A stretch of 61,379 bases of DNA, counting the filler, from an uncultured Myxococcia bacterium (GTDB lineage: Bacteria > CAZTWC01): NCBI GenBank assembly GCA_964617105.1. It is 5 parts of 5 records of this genome, joined end to end, with 100 filler letters (N's around TTAATTAATTAA, not from the genome) between each part and the next. Parts side by side here need not be neighbours in the genome. Positions count along the whole stretch, not along the records: positions 37,130 to 49,276 come from CAZTWC010000097.1; positions 49,377 to 61,379 come from CAZTWC010000099.1; 3 more parts are not named here. The stretch is one strand, 5' to 3'. How positions within the stretch are numbered: the first letter of the stretch is position 1; every line of letters begins with the position of its first letter. Both the position numbers and the translations under genes were made by a program. The notes beneath the pieces are model-generated. The model worked only from the letters and a program-made list of their open reading frames with translations. It ran no database searches and was not told where the DNA came from. Below are positions 40,602-51,081 of the stretch, in pieces.

Positions 40602-41864
40602 ATGGACGCAATAGCGGTCAGGGGAGGTAAACGCCTCTCCGGTAGAGTAAAAATATCTGGGGCAAAAAACGCAGTTCTGCCGCAAATTTTTGCCACTCTT
40701 CTAACCCGGGGCACTTTCACCTTGAAAAACGTTCCCCCTTTGCGGGATGTGAACACCGCCTTAAAAGTGTTGGCCACGATGGGCGCCACCTATCAAAAGG
40801 GTCCTGAGATCACCATCGATACCAGTGGAATCAACTCCTTCACTGCTCCTTACGACCTGGTAAGTACAATGCGGGCCTCGGTTTTGGCGCTGGGTCCTTT
40901 GATTGCCAGGTATGGAGAAGCCAGAGTATCTTTGCCAGGTGGTTGTGCCATTGGATTGAGGCCGGTAGATCAACACTTAAAGAGTTTTAAGAAAATGGGT
41001 GCCCTGGTGGAGATTGAGCGCGGTTATATCACTTTAAAGACAAAAAGGTTAAAAGGATGTGAAATTCATCTGGATATGCCCACGGTTACCGGTACGGAAA
41101 ACATTCTAATGGCAGCGGTACTGGCCAAGGGGCGTACTACTATAATCAATGCGGCCATGGAGCCGGAGGTGGTGGACCTGGCGGATATGCTGTCTAAGAT
41201 GGGTGCCAATATCAGTGGTGCCGGCAGTTCGGTAATAACTGTAGAAGGGGTTGAGCATTTGGAGCCGGTAGATTATACTACTATTCCGGATCGCATCGAA
41301 GCTGGAACCTATATGGTGGCTGCGGCCCTGACTGGCGGAGATGTTGAGATTCAAAATGTGATTCCAGCCCATTTGGGAGGAGTTATTACTAAGTTGAGGG
41401 AGTTTGGACAAAAAGTTACAGTTAATGAAAATAGTATCATGGTACAAGGCCAACGGCCTATCCAGGCAGCCAATATAACCACCTGGCCCTATCCTGGTTT
41501 TCCCACCGATTTACAGGCCCAATTCGTTACTTTAGCAGCCATAGCCGAGGGAACCAGTTTTATTCGGGAAACAGTATTTGAAAACCGTTTTATGCACGTC
41601 TATGAGTTGAACCGGATGGGGGCGGATATTAAAATTAATAACAACACTGCGGAGATCAAAGGCGTTGAGTTTCTTCAGGGGGCCAGGGTGATGGCTTCTG
41701 ATTTACGGGCTAGTGCTTCCCTGGTGCTGGCAGGCCTGGTTGCCAAAGGCGACCGGGAGGAGAATACCATTATTTCCAGAGTATATCATATCGACAGAGG
41801 GTACGTGGAAATTGAGAAAAAGTTATCAAATTTAGGGGCTGAGATAAAAAGGCTTGACAGGTAA
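40602..41864 (+). CDS. murA: UDP-N-acetylglucosamine 1-carboxyvinyltransferase
   Basis: [14 protein letters not shown] (Cys form), [21 protein letters not shown]. Confidence 0.98.
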   Translation: MDAIAVRGGKRLSGRVKISGAKNAVLPQIFATLLTRGTFTLKNVPPLRDVNTALKVLATMGATYQKGPEITIDTSGINSFTAPYDLVSTMRASVLALGPLIARYGEARVSLPGGCAIGLRPVDQHLKSFKKMGALVEIERGYITLKTKRLKGCEIHLDMPTVTGTENILMAAVLAKGRTTIINAAMEPEVVDLADMLSKMGANISGAGSSVITVEGVEHLEPVDYTTIPDRIEAGTYMVAAALTGGDVEIQNVIPAHLGGVITKLREFGQKVTVNENSIMVQGQRPIQAANITTWPYPGFPTDLQAQFVTLAAIAEGTSFIRETVFENRFMHVYELNRMGADIKINNNTAEIKGVEFLQGARVMASDLRASASLVLAGLVAKGDREENTIISRVYHIDRGYVEIEKKLSNLGAEIKRLDR

Positions 41865-41881
41865 TAAATATCTTTTATAAT
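41854..41881 (+). promoter_or_regulatory. sigma70 promoter of rpsU-dnaG-rpoD
   Basis: TTGACA (41854-41859)-N16-TATAAT (41876-41881). Confidence 0.75.
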
Positions 41882-41929
41882 CAGACGGTTTATCTAATTG
41901 GTAGTTCTTAAGGAGGTGAGTAGTATAAT

Positions 41930-42124
41930 ATGCCAGGAGTCAAAATAAGAGAAGGCGAATCTTTTGAAAACGCCATACGCCGGTTTAAAAAACAATGTGA
42001 AAAGACAGGTATTCTTTCGGAAATAAGGAAGAGAGAATATTATGAAAAACCTAGTGTGAAGCGTAAGAAAAAGGCTCTAGCCGCCAAAAAAAGAGCTATT
42101 AAGAAGCAAAGAAAATTCACCTAA
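41930..42124 (+). CDS. rpsU: 30S ribosomal protein S21
   Basis: [12 protein letters not shown]...[12 protein letters not shown]; strong AGGAGG RBS. Confidence 0.97.
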   Translation: MPGVKIREGESFENAIRRFKKQCEKTGILSEIRKREYYEKPSVKRKKKALAAKKRAIKKQRKFT

Positions 42125-42127
42125 AAA

Positions 42128-42163
42128 TTTATGTGCCCTCTGAAAAATTCAAGGGCACATAAA
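42128..42163. terminator. Hairpin between rpsU and dnaG (possible attenuator/terminator)
   Basis: TTTATGTGCCCT...AGGGCACATAAA stem; on + it is followed by an A run rather than a U tract, so it is atypical. Confidence 0.45.
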
Positions 42164-42191
42164 AAAAGATTTTTTAAAACTGGAGTGCAAG

Positions 42192-44123
42192 ATTAATAGC
42201 CAAGAACGCCTAGAAATTATTCGGGAGGTTAAAACCCGGGTCAACATAGTTGAGGTAATTTCCCGGTCTGTCAGTTTAAAAAAATCTGGCCAACAGAATT
42301 ATAAGGGGCTTTGTCCTTTTCACCAGGAAAGGGACGGCTCCTTTTATGTTTCACCCACCAGAAAACAGTTCCACTGCTTTGGCTGTGGTAAACAGGGTGA
42401 TGTTTTTACTTTTCTCCAGGAGATGGAGGGTAAGACTTTTAATGAGGTTTTGGAGGAGTTAGCACTTTCGGTGGGAGTAAAGATCCCATCAAGTCATTTC
42501 AATCGGGAAAATGCTCCTAAAAAAAGGGAAACCCGCCAAAATCTCTTTCAGGTCAACCAATGGGCTCAAGAGTTTTTTCAATCGGTTTTACATAAGTGGC
42601 CGGTGGGAAAAGAGGGTTTGGCATATCTAAAGAAAAGGGGGATATTACCAGCCACAATCAGCAAATTTAATTTAGGGATGAGTCCTTTTCAGGCCGATGC
42701 TTTGTTCATCCACCTAAGAGAAAAATTGGCAAAAAGAAAAATTTCCCTTGATACCTTGGAAAAACTAGGCTTATGTACCTACTATCAAGCGGGGGGAACT
42801 TCAGGTTTATCGACTGGCAATACGCCATCCCAGGGAAAATGGTATGACCGTTTCAAAGGCAAGTTGATCATACCCATACATACCCAGAATGGCCAGGTTG
42901 CTGGTTTTGCAGTGCGGCAAATGGGACCGTCTGCTAATAAATGGGAACCTAAGTATATAAATTCACCCCAAAATGAGATCTATACCAAGGGGGATTTACT
43001 CTATGGCTTTTATCAGGCAAAAGGAGCGATATTAAAAGAAAAAAAACTATATCTGGTAGAGGGTTATTTTGATTGTATCAAGATGCATCAAAATAATCTG
43101 GGCAACACTGTGGCTATCTGTGGAACCCAGTTGAGTTCAGGACACAAAAAACTCTTCAATCGTTTTTCCACCAGGGTGTGGCCGATTTTAGATGGAGATA
43201 CCAGTGGTCAAAAAGCGGCTTTCAATATTTCTCTCGACCTGTTCAGAGAAAGTTTTGATGGTAAAGTGGTGCAATTACCAGCGGGAGAAGACCCCGATTC
43301 TTTGATTGCCAGGTCGGGAATATCAGCCTTTCAAAGGTTGATAAACAATGCTTTACCATTTTTTGAATATATTATTAATTATGAATACAGCCAGGGGGGA
43401 GGAACCAGTGAGGGGAAAGTCCGCAGCCTGGATAAACTGCTGAAATTAATTGGAAAAATATCCAATTCAAACCAGCGTAGATATTATATTAAAACTATTG
43501 CCAGCAGGTATGACCTCAGCGAAAACCAGGCGTTGGAAGAGTTGAACCGGATATTTCATTCCGGAGCACCACCCGGAGAATCAGCTAGGAGAATAACAAA
43601 AAAACAGGCAGCACCGGAGAGTCGAGAATCCCGTCACTATGAACAGGCAGAAATTTCTCTGTTGGCTTTGATATTGGTTCATGGGGAATTACTGAAAGTC
43701 TGCGAGCATGGCCAGATGTTGTCTTTATTGCAGAAATCGGAAATTGGGGAAGTGGTGAAAATAGTCCTGAAAGAGGAAGTAAAATATCCAGACTTGGATA
43801 AGTTGGATTTTAGGGAGGAGTTATTAGAAAAAGTTGAAAAAATATGTGCACAGGTAAGTCAATATAACCGCAGTCAAATTAAGCAAGATTATGCTATTTG
43901 CGTAAAACAGATGGTGATCAACAAGGCAGAGAAAAAATGCAAACAATATCAAAGAGAGATCGAAGAATTGGGCGAATGGAGTATTAGTGATGAATCGTTG
44001 ATACTTAATACGTGCAAATTGAAAACCGATCTAAGAAAAAAAATACAAGGTTTGCTTAGGCAAGATTCTCTGGATTTTTTAATTGCCTCTGGAATTATCT
44101 CGAAAGAAGACGCTCACAATTAG
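42192..44123 (+). CDS. dnaG: DNA primase (N-terminal CHC2 zinc finger lies upstream of the track's ATG 42423)
   Basis: In-frame upstream GLCPFHQE...FHCFGCG; PKYINSP, LVEGYFD, LDGDTSG, DPD Toprim motifs. Start tentatively placed at ATT 42192. Confidence 0.93.
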   Translation: MNSQERLEIIREVKTRVNIVEVISRSVSLKKSGQQNYKGLCPFHQERDGSFYVSPTRKQFHCFGCGKQGDVFTFLQEMEGKTFNEVLEELALSVGVKIPSSHFNRENAPKKRETRQNLFQVNQWAQEFFQSVLHKWPVGKEGLAYLKKRGILPATISKFNLGMSPFQADALFIHLREKLAKRKISLDTLEKLGLCTYYQAGGTSGLSTGNTPSQGKWYDRFKGKLIIPIHTQNGQVAGFAVRQMGPSANKWEPKYINSPQNEIYTKGDLLYGFYQAKGAILKEKKLYLVEGYFDCIKMHQNNLGNTVAICGTQLSSGHKKLFNRFSTRVWPILDGDTSGQKAAFNISLDLFRESFDGKVVQLPAGEDPDSLIARSGISAFQRLINNALPFFEYIINYEYSQGGGTSEGKVRSLDKLLKLIGKISNSNQRRYYIKTIASRYDLSENQALEELNRIFHSGAPPGESARRITKKQAAPESRESRHYEQAEISLLALILVHGELLKVCEHGQMLSLLQKSEIGEVVKIVLKEEVKYPDLDKLDFREELLEKVEKICAQVSQYNRSQIKQDYAICVKQMVINKAEKKCKQYQREIEELGEWSISDESLILNTCKLKTDLRKKIQGLLRQDSLDFLIASGIISKEDAHN

Positions 44124-44144
44124 AACCTAAGGAGTGAGGAGAAT

Positions 44145-45974
44145 ATGGCTTCTAAAAAGAACGAGTCACGCGATAAAAAAGATAAAAATCAAAATTCCGG
44201 GATAAATTTGGAAAACCTGGAAAAATTTGTTACCGACCGAAGACAAATAAAAAAATTGATCACTCAGGGCAAGGATCGGGGATACTTGACCTACGAAGAG
44301 GTCAATAACTATTTGCCGCCTCGCGTTATCACCTCAGAGCAGGTCGATGATGTGATGGTGATGTTCAATGAGTTGCAGATAGAGATTGTAGACAATGCAT
44401 CTCAATACAAGCCTCCAAAAGTAAAACCAGACTATGATTATCGTGAAGAGGATGAAGAAGATGTAGATTCCTCGCCATATAATAAAGCAAGTGATCCGGT
44501 GAGGATGTATTTGCGGAAAATGGGGACGGTATCTCTGCTAACCAGGGAAGGTGAGGTGGTTATCGCCAAGAAAATCGAAGATGGCGAGAAAGAGATCATG
44601 AAAACTGTAGTCAGTATCCCTATGGCGTTAAAAGAGATAGTTGTTCTGGGTGAAAAATTAAAGAGAGGGTTAATCAAAGCCAGAGAGTTGATAAATGACT
44701 TTGATGAGGATGAGGGGCATGATTATGAAGAAGATGAGATCTCTAAAAAAATTGTCAGAATAATAGAAAAGGTAAAGAAACTGGCCAGGGAAAACAAGCG
44801 ACTTGACCAGATGCTTGGCTCTAGACGGCGGTTGACCAAGGAGACCAGGGAAAAATATAAAAAAGTTCTGAATAGAAATCGGCAAGAGGTTGAGAATTGC
44901 TTTCAAGAGATTAGGCTCAACAAATACCAAATGGATAAAATAATTTCCAAAGTAGTAGAGGTGATTAATTTTACGGAACATTTAGAGAATGAAATAGAAG
45001 GGGTGAGGAAGCAATATGCCATCCCCAAAAAAACAAACCAGGATGAGATAAAAAAACTCCGGACCGATAAAACCAAGGCGCTTAATTTGGTTAAAAAATT
45101 AAAAATTCAACCGGGACAGTTATCTGAATTTGTAAAGTGTTATACTACCAATAAGAGGAAAAGAAAGCAGATCGAAATTGATATTGAACAAAAAATTGAG
45201 GCGCTGAAAAAAAGTTATAAAATGGTTCGTTACCATGAGTATAAGGTTGATAAAGCCAAAAATGAACTAGTGGAGGCAAACTTGAGGTTGGTAGTTAGTA
45301 TTGCCAAGAAATATACCAACCGGGGGCTTCAGTTTTTGGATTTGATCCAGGAGGGAAATATCGGCTTGATGAAAGCGGTTGACAAGTTTGAATACCGGCG
45401 GGGATATAAATTTTCCACCTATGCTACCTGGTGGATTCGTCAGGCCATAACCCGGGCAATTGCTGACCAGGCTAGAACCATCAGAATACCGGTGCACATG
45501 ATCGAAACCATTAACAAATTAATCCGCACCTCCAGGGGTCTGGTGCAGGAGATGGGCCGGGAGCCGAGTCCGGATGAGATAGCGGATAAAATGGAATTAC
45601 CGGTGGATAAAGTTCGAAAAGTTTTAAAAATAGCCAAAGAACCCATCTCCCTGGAAACTCCCATTGGTGAAGAGGAGGACAGCCATTTGGGAGATTTTAT
45701 TGAAGACAAAGGAACTGTTTCACCATCCGAAGCGGTTATTTTCAATAGTTTGGCCGAACAGACCAGGCACGTTTTGGGCAGCCTGACTCCCAGGGAGGAG
45801 AAAGTTTTACGGATGAGATTTGGTATAGGTGAAAAATCTGACCACACCCTCGAAGAGGTTGGGCAGGATTTTAATGTTACCAGGGAAAGGATCCGTCAGA
45901 TAGAGGCTAAGGCTTTGCGCAAATTGAGGCATCCTTCCAGGAATAAGAAGTTAAAAAGTTTTATGGATAGTTAA
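44145..45974 (+). CDS. rpoD: RNA polymerase primary sigma factor
   Basis: [44 protein letters not shown]. Confidence 0.98.
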   Translation: MASKKNESRDKKDKNQNSGINLENLEKFVTDRRQIKKLITQGKDRGYLTYEEVNNYLPPRVITSEQVDDVMVMFNELQIEIVDNASQYKPPKVKPDYDYREEDEEDVDSSPYNKASDPVRMYLRKMGTVSLLTREGEVVIAKKIEDGEKEIMKTVVSIPMALKEIVVLGEKLKRGLIKARELINDFDEDEGHDYEEDEISKKIVRIIEKVKKLARENKRLDQMLGSRRRLTKETREKYKKVLNRNRQEVENCFQEIRLNKYQMDKIISKVVEVINFTEHLENEIEGVRKQYAIPKKTNQDEIKKLRTDKTKALNLVKKLKIQPGQLSEFVKCYTTNKRKRKQIEIDIEQKIEALKKSYKMVRYHEYKVDKAKNELVEANLRLVVSIAKKYTNRGLQFLDLIQEGNIGLMKAVDKFEYRRGYKFSTYATWWIRQAITRAIADQARTIRIPVHMIETINKLIRTSRGLVQEMGREPSPDEIADKMELPVDKVRKVLKIAKEPISLETPIGEEEDSHLGDFIEDKGTVSPSEAVIFNSLAEQTRHVLGSLTPREEKVLRMRFGIGEKSDHTLEEVGQDFNVTRERIRQIEAKALRKLRHPSRNKKLKSFMDS

Positions 45975-46020
45975 CGGTCAACGATAGGGAATTTTTATCG
46001 TTCTTGATAGTTGATTTGCC

Positions 46021-46049
46021 TTGATAATTTTTGTTTTATAACATATAAT
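46021..46049 (+). promoter_or_regulatory. sigma70 promoter of tRNA-Ile2
   Basis: TTGATA (46021-46026)-N17-TATAAT (46044-46049). Confidence 0.6.
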
Positions 46050-46069
46050 TTTGTAACTATATTTTTTAT

Positions 46070-46145
46070 GGGCCCATAGCTCAGCTGGAAGAGCCACCGG
46101 CTCATAACCGGTAGGTCCTAGGTTCGAGCCCTAGTGGGCCCACCA
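46070..46145 (+). tRNA. ileX: tRNA with CAT anticodon, most likely tRNA-Ile2 (lysidine)
   Basis: Acceptor GGGCCCA/TGGGCCC, discriminator A, CCA end, anticodon arm ACCGG-CTCATAA-CCGGT, GGTTCGA T-loop. C4:G69/C5:G68 and the position after rpoD fit Ile2 rather than Met. Confidence 0.88.
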
Positions 46146-46169
46146 TCTCAAAGTAAGAGGGTCGTACTA

Positions 46170-46889
46170 TTGATTGAACAGATTCGAAATCTGGCAAAAT
46201 TACAAGAAATTGATACCATAATTGAGCAGTGTAAAACCAGGATAGCGGAGATTAATAACCTGGCAGAAGCGCAAAGAATTGAGTCTGGCAAGATAAATGA
46301 AGAGATAGAAAATGTCGAAAATGTAATTATTCGAGTATCCAAGGAACAACACCAGTTTGAATCCAATTTAAAGTTGGAAGAGAATAAATACCGTAAGTGG
46401 GAAAAACGGTTACCGGAATTGAAAAACACTAGAGAATATCAGGTGTTGACGCGAGAGTTAGATTTTTTGAAAAAGGAACGGGCCGAGTGCGAAGAAAATA
46501 TTTTGCAAAAAATGGGTGACCTGGAGGGGCTGAAGGAAGAGAAAAAAGATCTTCAGGCAAAATTAACCGATATTGAGTCGCAGTCAGAAGTAAAAGGTGT
46601 AAAAATCCTGAAAGAGAAGCAAGAGTTAGAGCGACAAGTTGAAGATATAGAAGGACATAAAGAGGGATACGCGAAAAATATTCGGCCCGATTTAATGAGC
46701 CGGTATAAAAGAATTGCCAAAATCCGTCAGGGTTTGGCAGTGGTAGGAGTTTGGGACGAGAAATGTACTGGCTGTAACATGCGGGTTCCTCCCCAACTCT
46801 ATAACAAAGTTCAACGTCTTGAAAGCATTGAGGTCTGCCCATATTGCCAGAGGATGCTATTTTTCCCCCCAATTTTGGAGGATAATTGA
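46170..46889 (+). CDS. Coiled-coil protein with C4-type zinc ribbon (DUF164-like)
   Basis: LAKLQEID, long coiled coil, CTGCNM...CPYCQRML. TTG 46170 follows AGAGG; the track start overlaps the tRNA. Confidence 0.9.
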   Translation: MIEQIRNLAKLQEIDTIIEQCKTRIAEINNLAEAQRIESGKINEEIENVENVIIRVSKEQHQFESNLKLEENKYRKWEKRLPELKNTREYQVLTRELDFLKKERAECEENILQKMGDLEGLKEEKKDLQAKLTDIESQSEVKGVKILKEKQELERQVEDIEGHKEGYAKNIRPDLMSRYKRIAKIRQGLAVVGVWDEKCTGCNMRVPPQLYNKVQRLESIEVCPYCQRMLFFPPILEDN

Positions 46890-46965
46890 GCGGGATTAAC
46901 TCAGCTGGTAGAGTGTCAGCTTCCCAAGCTGAATGTCGCGGGTTCGAACCCCGTATCCCGCTCCA
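46890..46965 (+). tRNA. tRNA-Gly(CCC)
   Basis: Acceptor GCGGGAT/ATCCCGC, T discriminator, CCA, anticodon arm TCAGC-TTCCCAA-GCTGA, GGTTCGAA T-loop. Confidence 0.95.
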
Positions 46966-47034
46966 TTTTTCATTTCATCGCCAGAATCTAGAACATTAGA
47001 TCTTATTTTTTAATTCATTCATGGTAATTTCAGG

Positions 47035-49276
47035 GTGCGCAAGCGGTCTATTATTATATTATTGGTTGTTCACTTTCTGATTATTATATCTCTATTTCTG
47101 TTTCTTAATTCAGACTATTTCTATCATAAAGCACTAAAAAATATCAGCGAATTTTTGGTCACCAAATACGGTATTAAGGTCGATTGCCAGCGGCTGAATT
47201 TCTCCCTTTTCCCTTTTACTATGCATCTGGACCAGGTTAAGGTCGATTATCCCCATATCCCCCTATCAGCCAGCACCAAAGAGATAGAGATCCGGATTCA
47301 AATTCTCCCTTTACTATTTGGACGGGCAAATATATCCCGGGTCCATATCTCTCAGCCCTTTCTGGAGTTTAGCCTGATAAACCCGGCAGCAAAGAGCGGG
47401 AAAGGCCAGGAGAGCGAAGATGAGGGAAAACAAAAACAGCAGATCACGCCCGAAGAGTTGTTTGAACAAGTGGCCAAGGGGTTGCGCATGGCGTTGGATG
47501 GTCGAAAAAGTTTGGATGAGTTACCCCTGGAGATTGGATTGGTAGAGATTCGGGATTTAGGGGTTGTCTTGAAGGTGAAGGAAGATACCAGGGTGGCAAT
47601 AAAAAACGCTGATATTTCTCTTCAAGGATTGACAGAGCAGATTACCAGGGTCAGGTTGACCATGCCCAGGTTGGAAATTTTTGCCGGTAAATTGACCAAA
47701 AAGATATCTTCCAATATAGCCGTTAAAATGAGTGAAAACTCAATGGTCCTGGAAGAGTTTATGATAAAAAGTGATGATGAGAAATTATCTTTGAAGGTAT
47801 TACTTCACAGGTTAGAAAAAAAATCAGCCTCAAAAGCAGAAGATATCACCCTGGAGGGGAAAGTTGAGGTTGAACTACCCCTTAATAATATCAATAAATA
47901 TTCACCCTCAATCCCAAAAATGGAGGGGAGGCTAAAAACTGATGTGGAGTTTAACGGCGCTCTTCCCAATATAAATGCCAAATTGGGACTTGATGTAAAT
48001 GGGCTGTCTATTGATGAATACCGGGTGGGAGATATCAAAGGGGATATATCACTTAACTCTGAAAAACTAATAATAAATTCCCTGGAGGTTTTAGCCGCCG
48101 GTGGAAAAGTCAATGTTGACGGTCATATTGATTTGAACCGGGGATATAATGGCGTTCTTAAAGTCAAACTGGAGAAATTTGGGCTGCTTAACCTATTGCG
48201 CAACCTGACCGTAACCCATAATTATGTGGATCTAAAGGTCTCGGGACTTATTGAGTGCAATACTATTTTACCAGAAGTGCTATTTAAAGGCAGCAGTCAA
48301 TTGGTTGTAGAAGAACTGGAGGTTTATCCCCGTCCAATTGAATTAGCCGGAGATAAAAATAAAATAGTGGCAATTAAAAAATCGGAATTTAAGTTCGACT
48401 TTGACTTGGATCCAGAGGGAATTAATATCAAAAACGGTAAAATCGATTTGATGTCCGGTCAGGGAAATATTGATGTAAAGGGCGATGTGTTTTTTACGGT
48501 GGAAAAGGGGCTGAACCTGGAAGCTAAAACCCAGAATTTGATGCTGGATAATTTTCCAATTCTCGATTATCAATTTAAAGGTAAAGCCTCTGCCCAAACC
48601 CTGCTTAAAGGCCCCTATCTGCTTTTGAACATTATTGGCGAGTTGTCGGTAAAAGATTTTTCTTTTCAAAATGTGGATTTAACCTCTCTAGATTTAGCCT
48701 ATACCTGGAAGGGAGAGGAGGAGGGCTCAATGTTCTCTTTCAGAGAGTTGAAATCTTTTTCTGCAGGCGGCACCAGGCTATTGGCCAGTGGAGATATAGA
48801 TCTGAGACAGGAGCCACTTCTGGACATAAAATTTTTAGCCGATAAGTTGAATATGGAAGATGTGATTGTTGCTCTTCCAGACACGGTTTCCGGCAAGGGA
48901 GAGTTGCGGCAATATATTAAGGGCAGCGGCCGGGCCCAGGGTAGTTTGAAGATCGGCAAGGATATTACCGATATCAAGATTTCGGCCGACTTAAATGCCT
49001 TGACTCTGGCTACTCAAAATTATTCAGGCGGAAAATTAGCAATTAGTTATAAGCAACCAATTTTGCATATACATAAATTGTCACTTTATGAAGATAAAAA
49101 GGGAGATGCCAATATTTTGGCCAAGGGTAGGGTTAATACCTCCAGCGGCAATATAGACCTGGATTTGGGCACCCGCAATTAAAATTTATCTATGCTGGAT
49201 CTACCCGGACTCCCACAGGAGTTGAAAGGAGACTTACAATTAACCATGAAGATTGGCGGTAAACTTGATGCACCCA
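47035..49276 (+). CDS. AsmA/TamB-like (translocation/assembly module) protein, with in-frame TAA at 49180-49182 and truncated at contig end
   Basis: N-terminal TM anchor, ILPLLFGR AsmA-type motif, repeated beta-rich G.L..P segments; the same frame continues NLSMLDLPG...GGKLDAP after the stop. Confidence 0.75.
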
Positions 49277-49376
49277 NNNNNNNNNNNNNNNNNNNNNNNN
49301 NNNNNNNNNNNNNNNNNNNNTTAATTAATTAANNNNNNNNNNNNNNNNNNNNNNNNNNNNNNNNNNNNNNNNNNNN
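49277..49376. other. Artificial contig-joining spacer
   Basis: 100-nt N run with TTAATTAATTAA. Confidence 0.98.
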
Positions 49377-49734
49377 TCTCTCCCCAGAAAAAGACCGGTA
49401 TATGAAAGTGATAGAAAATGGCATTAGCCGCCCCAAACACGCTATTTGGGTGCATGGCGCTTTTATAGTTATGAAGACTGATATCTTTGGAATTACCCTC
49501 GACAAAAACTGCTGCCAGATCATATTGGCGCAACTTGGCAAGTTCTTTTTTAAATTGCGTTTGTCTTTGAAGCAGGGTGGCTACAAAGTCATCGAGAGTT
49601 TTTCGCTCAAAGGCAACTTTATCTTCCAATCCTTCAAGCGAATAATCGCCAGCAACCAGTTTTTTCCGAACTATTTTGATGCCTCTTGAAAAGGTGAGAG
49701 GCATTTTTTCTCGGGTATCTATAACAATATTCAT
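49377..49734 (-). CDS. ERCC4/XPF-family nuclease (3' truncated)
   Basis: IVIDTREK, LVAGDYS, VAFERKTLDDF (GDxnERKx3D); ATG 49734. Confidence 0.9.
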
Positions 49735-49744
49735 CAGCAAACCT

Positions 49745-50233
49745 TTAGTAGAGGGGAATATCGTCAAAGTCTGTGCCATCAGTTGCAGCATCATTGTGGT
49801 TACTTTTGCCAGAATCTTTCAGTAATTTCTGGAAATAGATATTTTGGTTATCACCATTGTATCTAAGGCTGATCTCCAGTTTTACATCGAGAAGTTCATT
49901 AAGACGGTGGTTAAGGTCAGAGAGTTTTTGCATCTGAACACCAACAATTTTCAGATCGCGTTTCAGCCACTCAAAATTTTTCTTAGTAACTAGCATATTG
50001 CGGTGCCAGACAGTGGAGCCAGTATGTCTTGGCCCCAACACTCTCAACAGCCAGCAGAGCATAGGATTGTTATTTTGAGATGCTTTCAATAATGCTTTTT
50101 CCACAATCACCTGGTATTTACCGGCCGGTAAATTTTCTGATTGGCTGCCTTCTGCTTCTTCGGCCTGCTCGTAGATTTCTTCATATTGTTCTAAATCAAA
50201 CGCCGCAGAATCGTTATTATAAAAATCGCTCAT
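49745..50233 (-). CDS. DUF669 family phage-type single-stranded DNA-binding protein
   Basis: LPAGKYQVIVEKA...NNPML OB-fold pattern and acidic tail DFDDIPLY; ATG 50233 follows GGAGG. Confidence 0.8.
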   Translation of the reverse strand: MSDFYNNDSAAFDLEQYEEIYEQAEEAEGSQSENLPAGKYQVIVEKALLKASQNNNPMLCWLLRVLGPRHTGSTVWHRNMLVTKKNFEWLKRDLKIVGVQMQKLSDLNHRLNELLDVKLEISLRYNGDNQNIYFQKLLKDSGKSNHNDAATDGTDFDDIPLY

Positions 50234-50267
50234 AATTTCCTCCAAAGTTGGTAAAAAGTGTTTTAAG

Positions 50268-51035
50268 TTAGGCTGTCTGGCCCGTATTACCCGATTTGTC
50301 GGCCCCTGGTTCTGGTTGCCTATATTCTCCCTTAAAAGCATCTACCAGGGCGGTATAGTCAAGTTCCATCACCCCGGGCAGCCTATTGGTCCTATCGCCG
50401 GCGGTGTAATCGGGACTGGGCTGGGAGCGAATTATTCGCCGCATCTTCTTGGTGCCGTCAGACAGAGTCTCATACTGGACATCCAGAAACAGGATGATGT
50501 CAGCCATGCCCAGGACGAACTTACGGGGCCGGTCTTTCAAGGAGGGCAACATCTTGTGAACAGTGCCGGTGCGGGTCTGGACCTCCTTGGTATCTGCGTG
50601 GGAGATCATCACCAGGCCATAGGGCAGAATACTAATCTTGGTGATCACTCGCTCGAACTCGCTCTGCACCATGGCGTAAGCCCGACCATAGGGCATATCC
50701 GCTTCGTGCTGGATCTTGTGCTTGTCAAGGATATACTGCCGGCACATCTCCCAGAGGTTGTCCATAGTGTCGATAATAATAGTCTTGAATGAGTGTTTGC
50801 CCTCGGCCATCTCCTTGCAAACGCCCAAAAAAGTCTCCCAGGAGTGGACGTCCACTTTGAACACGCTCAGGGCATTGTGGCCCGACTCTGTGGCAATGAA
50901 CAAGGCGTCGGGAAATTGGCTAGCCAGGGTCGATTTACCCACCTTGGGAAGTCCCCACAGAAGCAGGGAGTAGTCACAGAGATTGTTTTTAACAGTGGTT
51001 TTTTGCTTTGGTAAAAGAGTCATTTTGTCCTCCAT
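50268..51035 (-). CDS. AAA_24 / Sak4-like ATPase (ssDNA annealing)
   Basis: WGLPKVGKST, IATESG, TIIIDT, VMISH, TAGDRT. Confidence 0.85.
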   Translation of the reverse strand: MEDKMTLLPKQKTTVKNNLCDYSLLLWGLPKVGKSTLASQFPDALFIATESGHNALSVFKVDVHSWETFLGVCKEMAEGKHSFKTIIIDTMDNLWEMCRQYILDKHKIQHEADMPYGRAYAMVQSEFERVITKISILPYGLVMISHADTKEVQTRTGTVHKMLPSLKDRPRKFVLGMADIILFLDVQYETLSDGTKKMRRIIRSQPSPDYTAGDRTNRLPGVMELDYTALVDAFKGEYRQPEPGADKSGNTGQTA

Positions 51036-51081
51036 GAAAAAGGGATAAATAATAAAAGATTGCGTTGATTAGGCATAAGAC

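Noticed and set aside
46070-46145. tRNA-Met (initiator or elongator)
   Set aside because: No C1:A72 mismatch or GGG/CCC anticodon stem of fMet; the acceptor stem and location fit Ile2.
12421-49376. Recurring TTAATTAATTAA inside N runs as a biological repeat, and gene neighbourhoods across the gaps
   Set aside because: Identical 100-nt linkers separate pieces of steadily decreasing length (12420, 12247, 12162, 12147, 12003 nt), so this is size-sorted contig concatenation. No cross-gap synteny was used.
46890-49376. tRNA-Gly or tRNA-Ile as the attachment site of the element in contig 5
   Set aside because: They are on a different contig, are flanked by core genes, and I saw no tRNA 3'-end duplication in contig 5.
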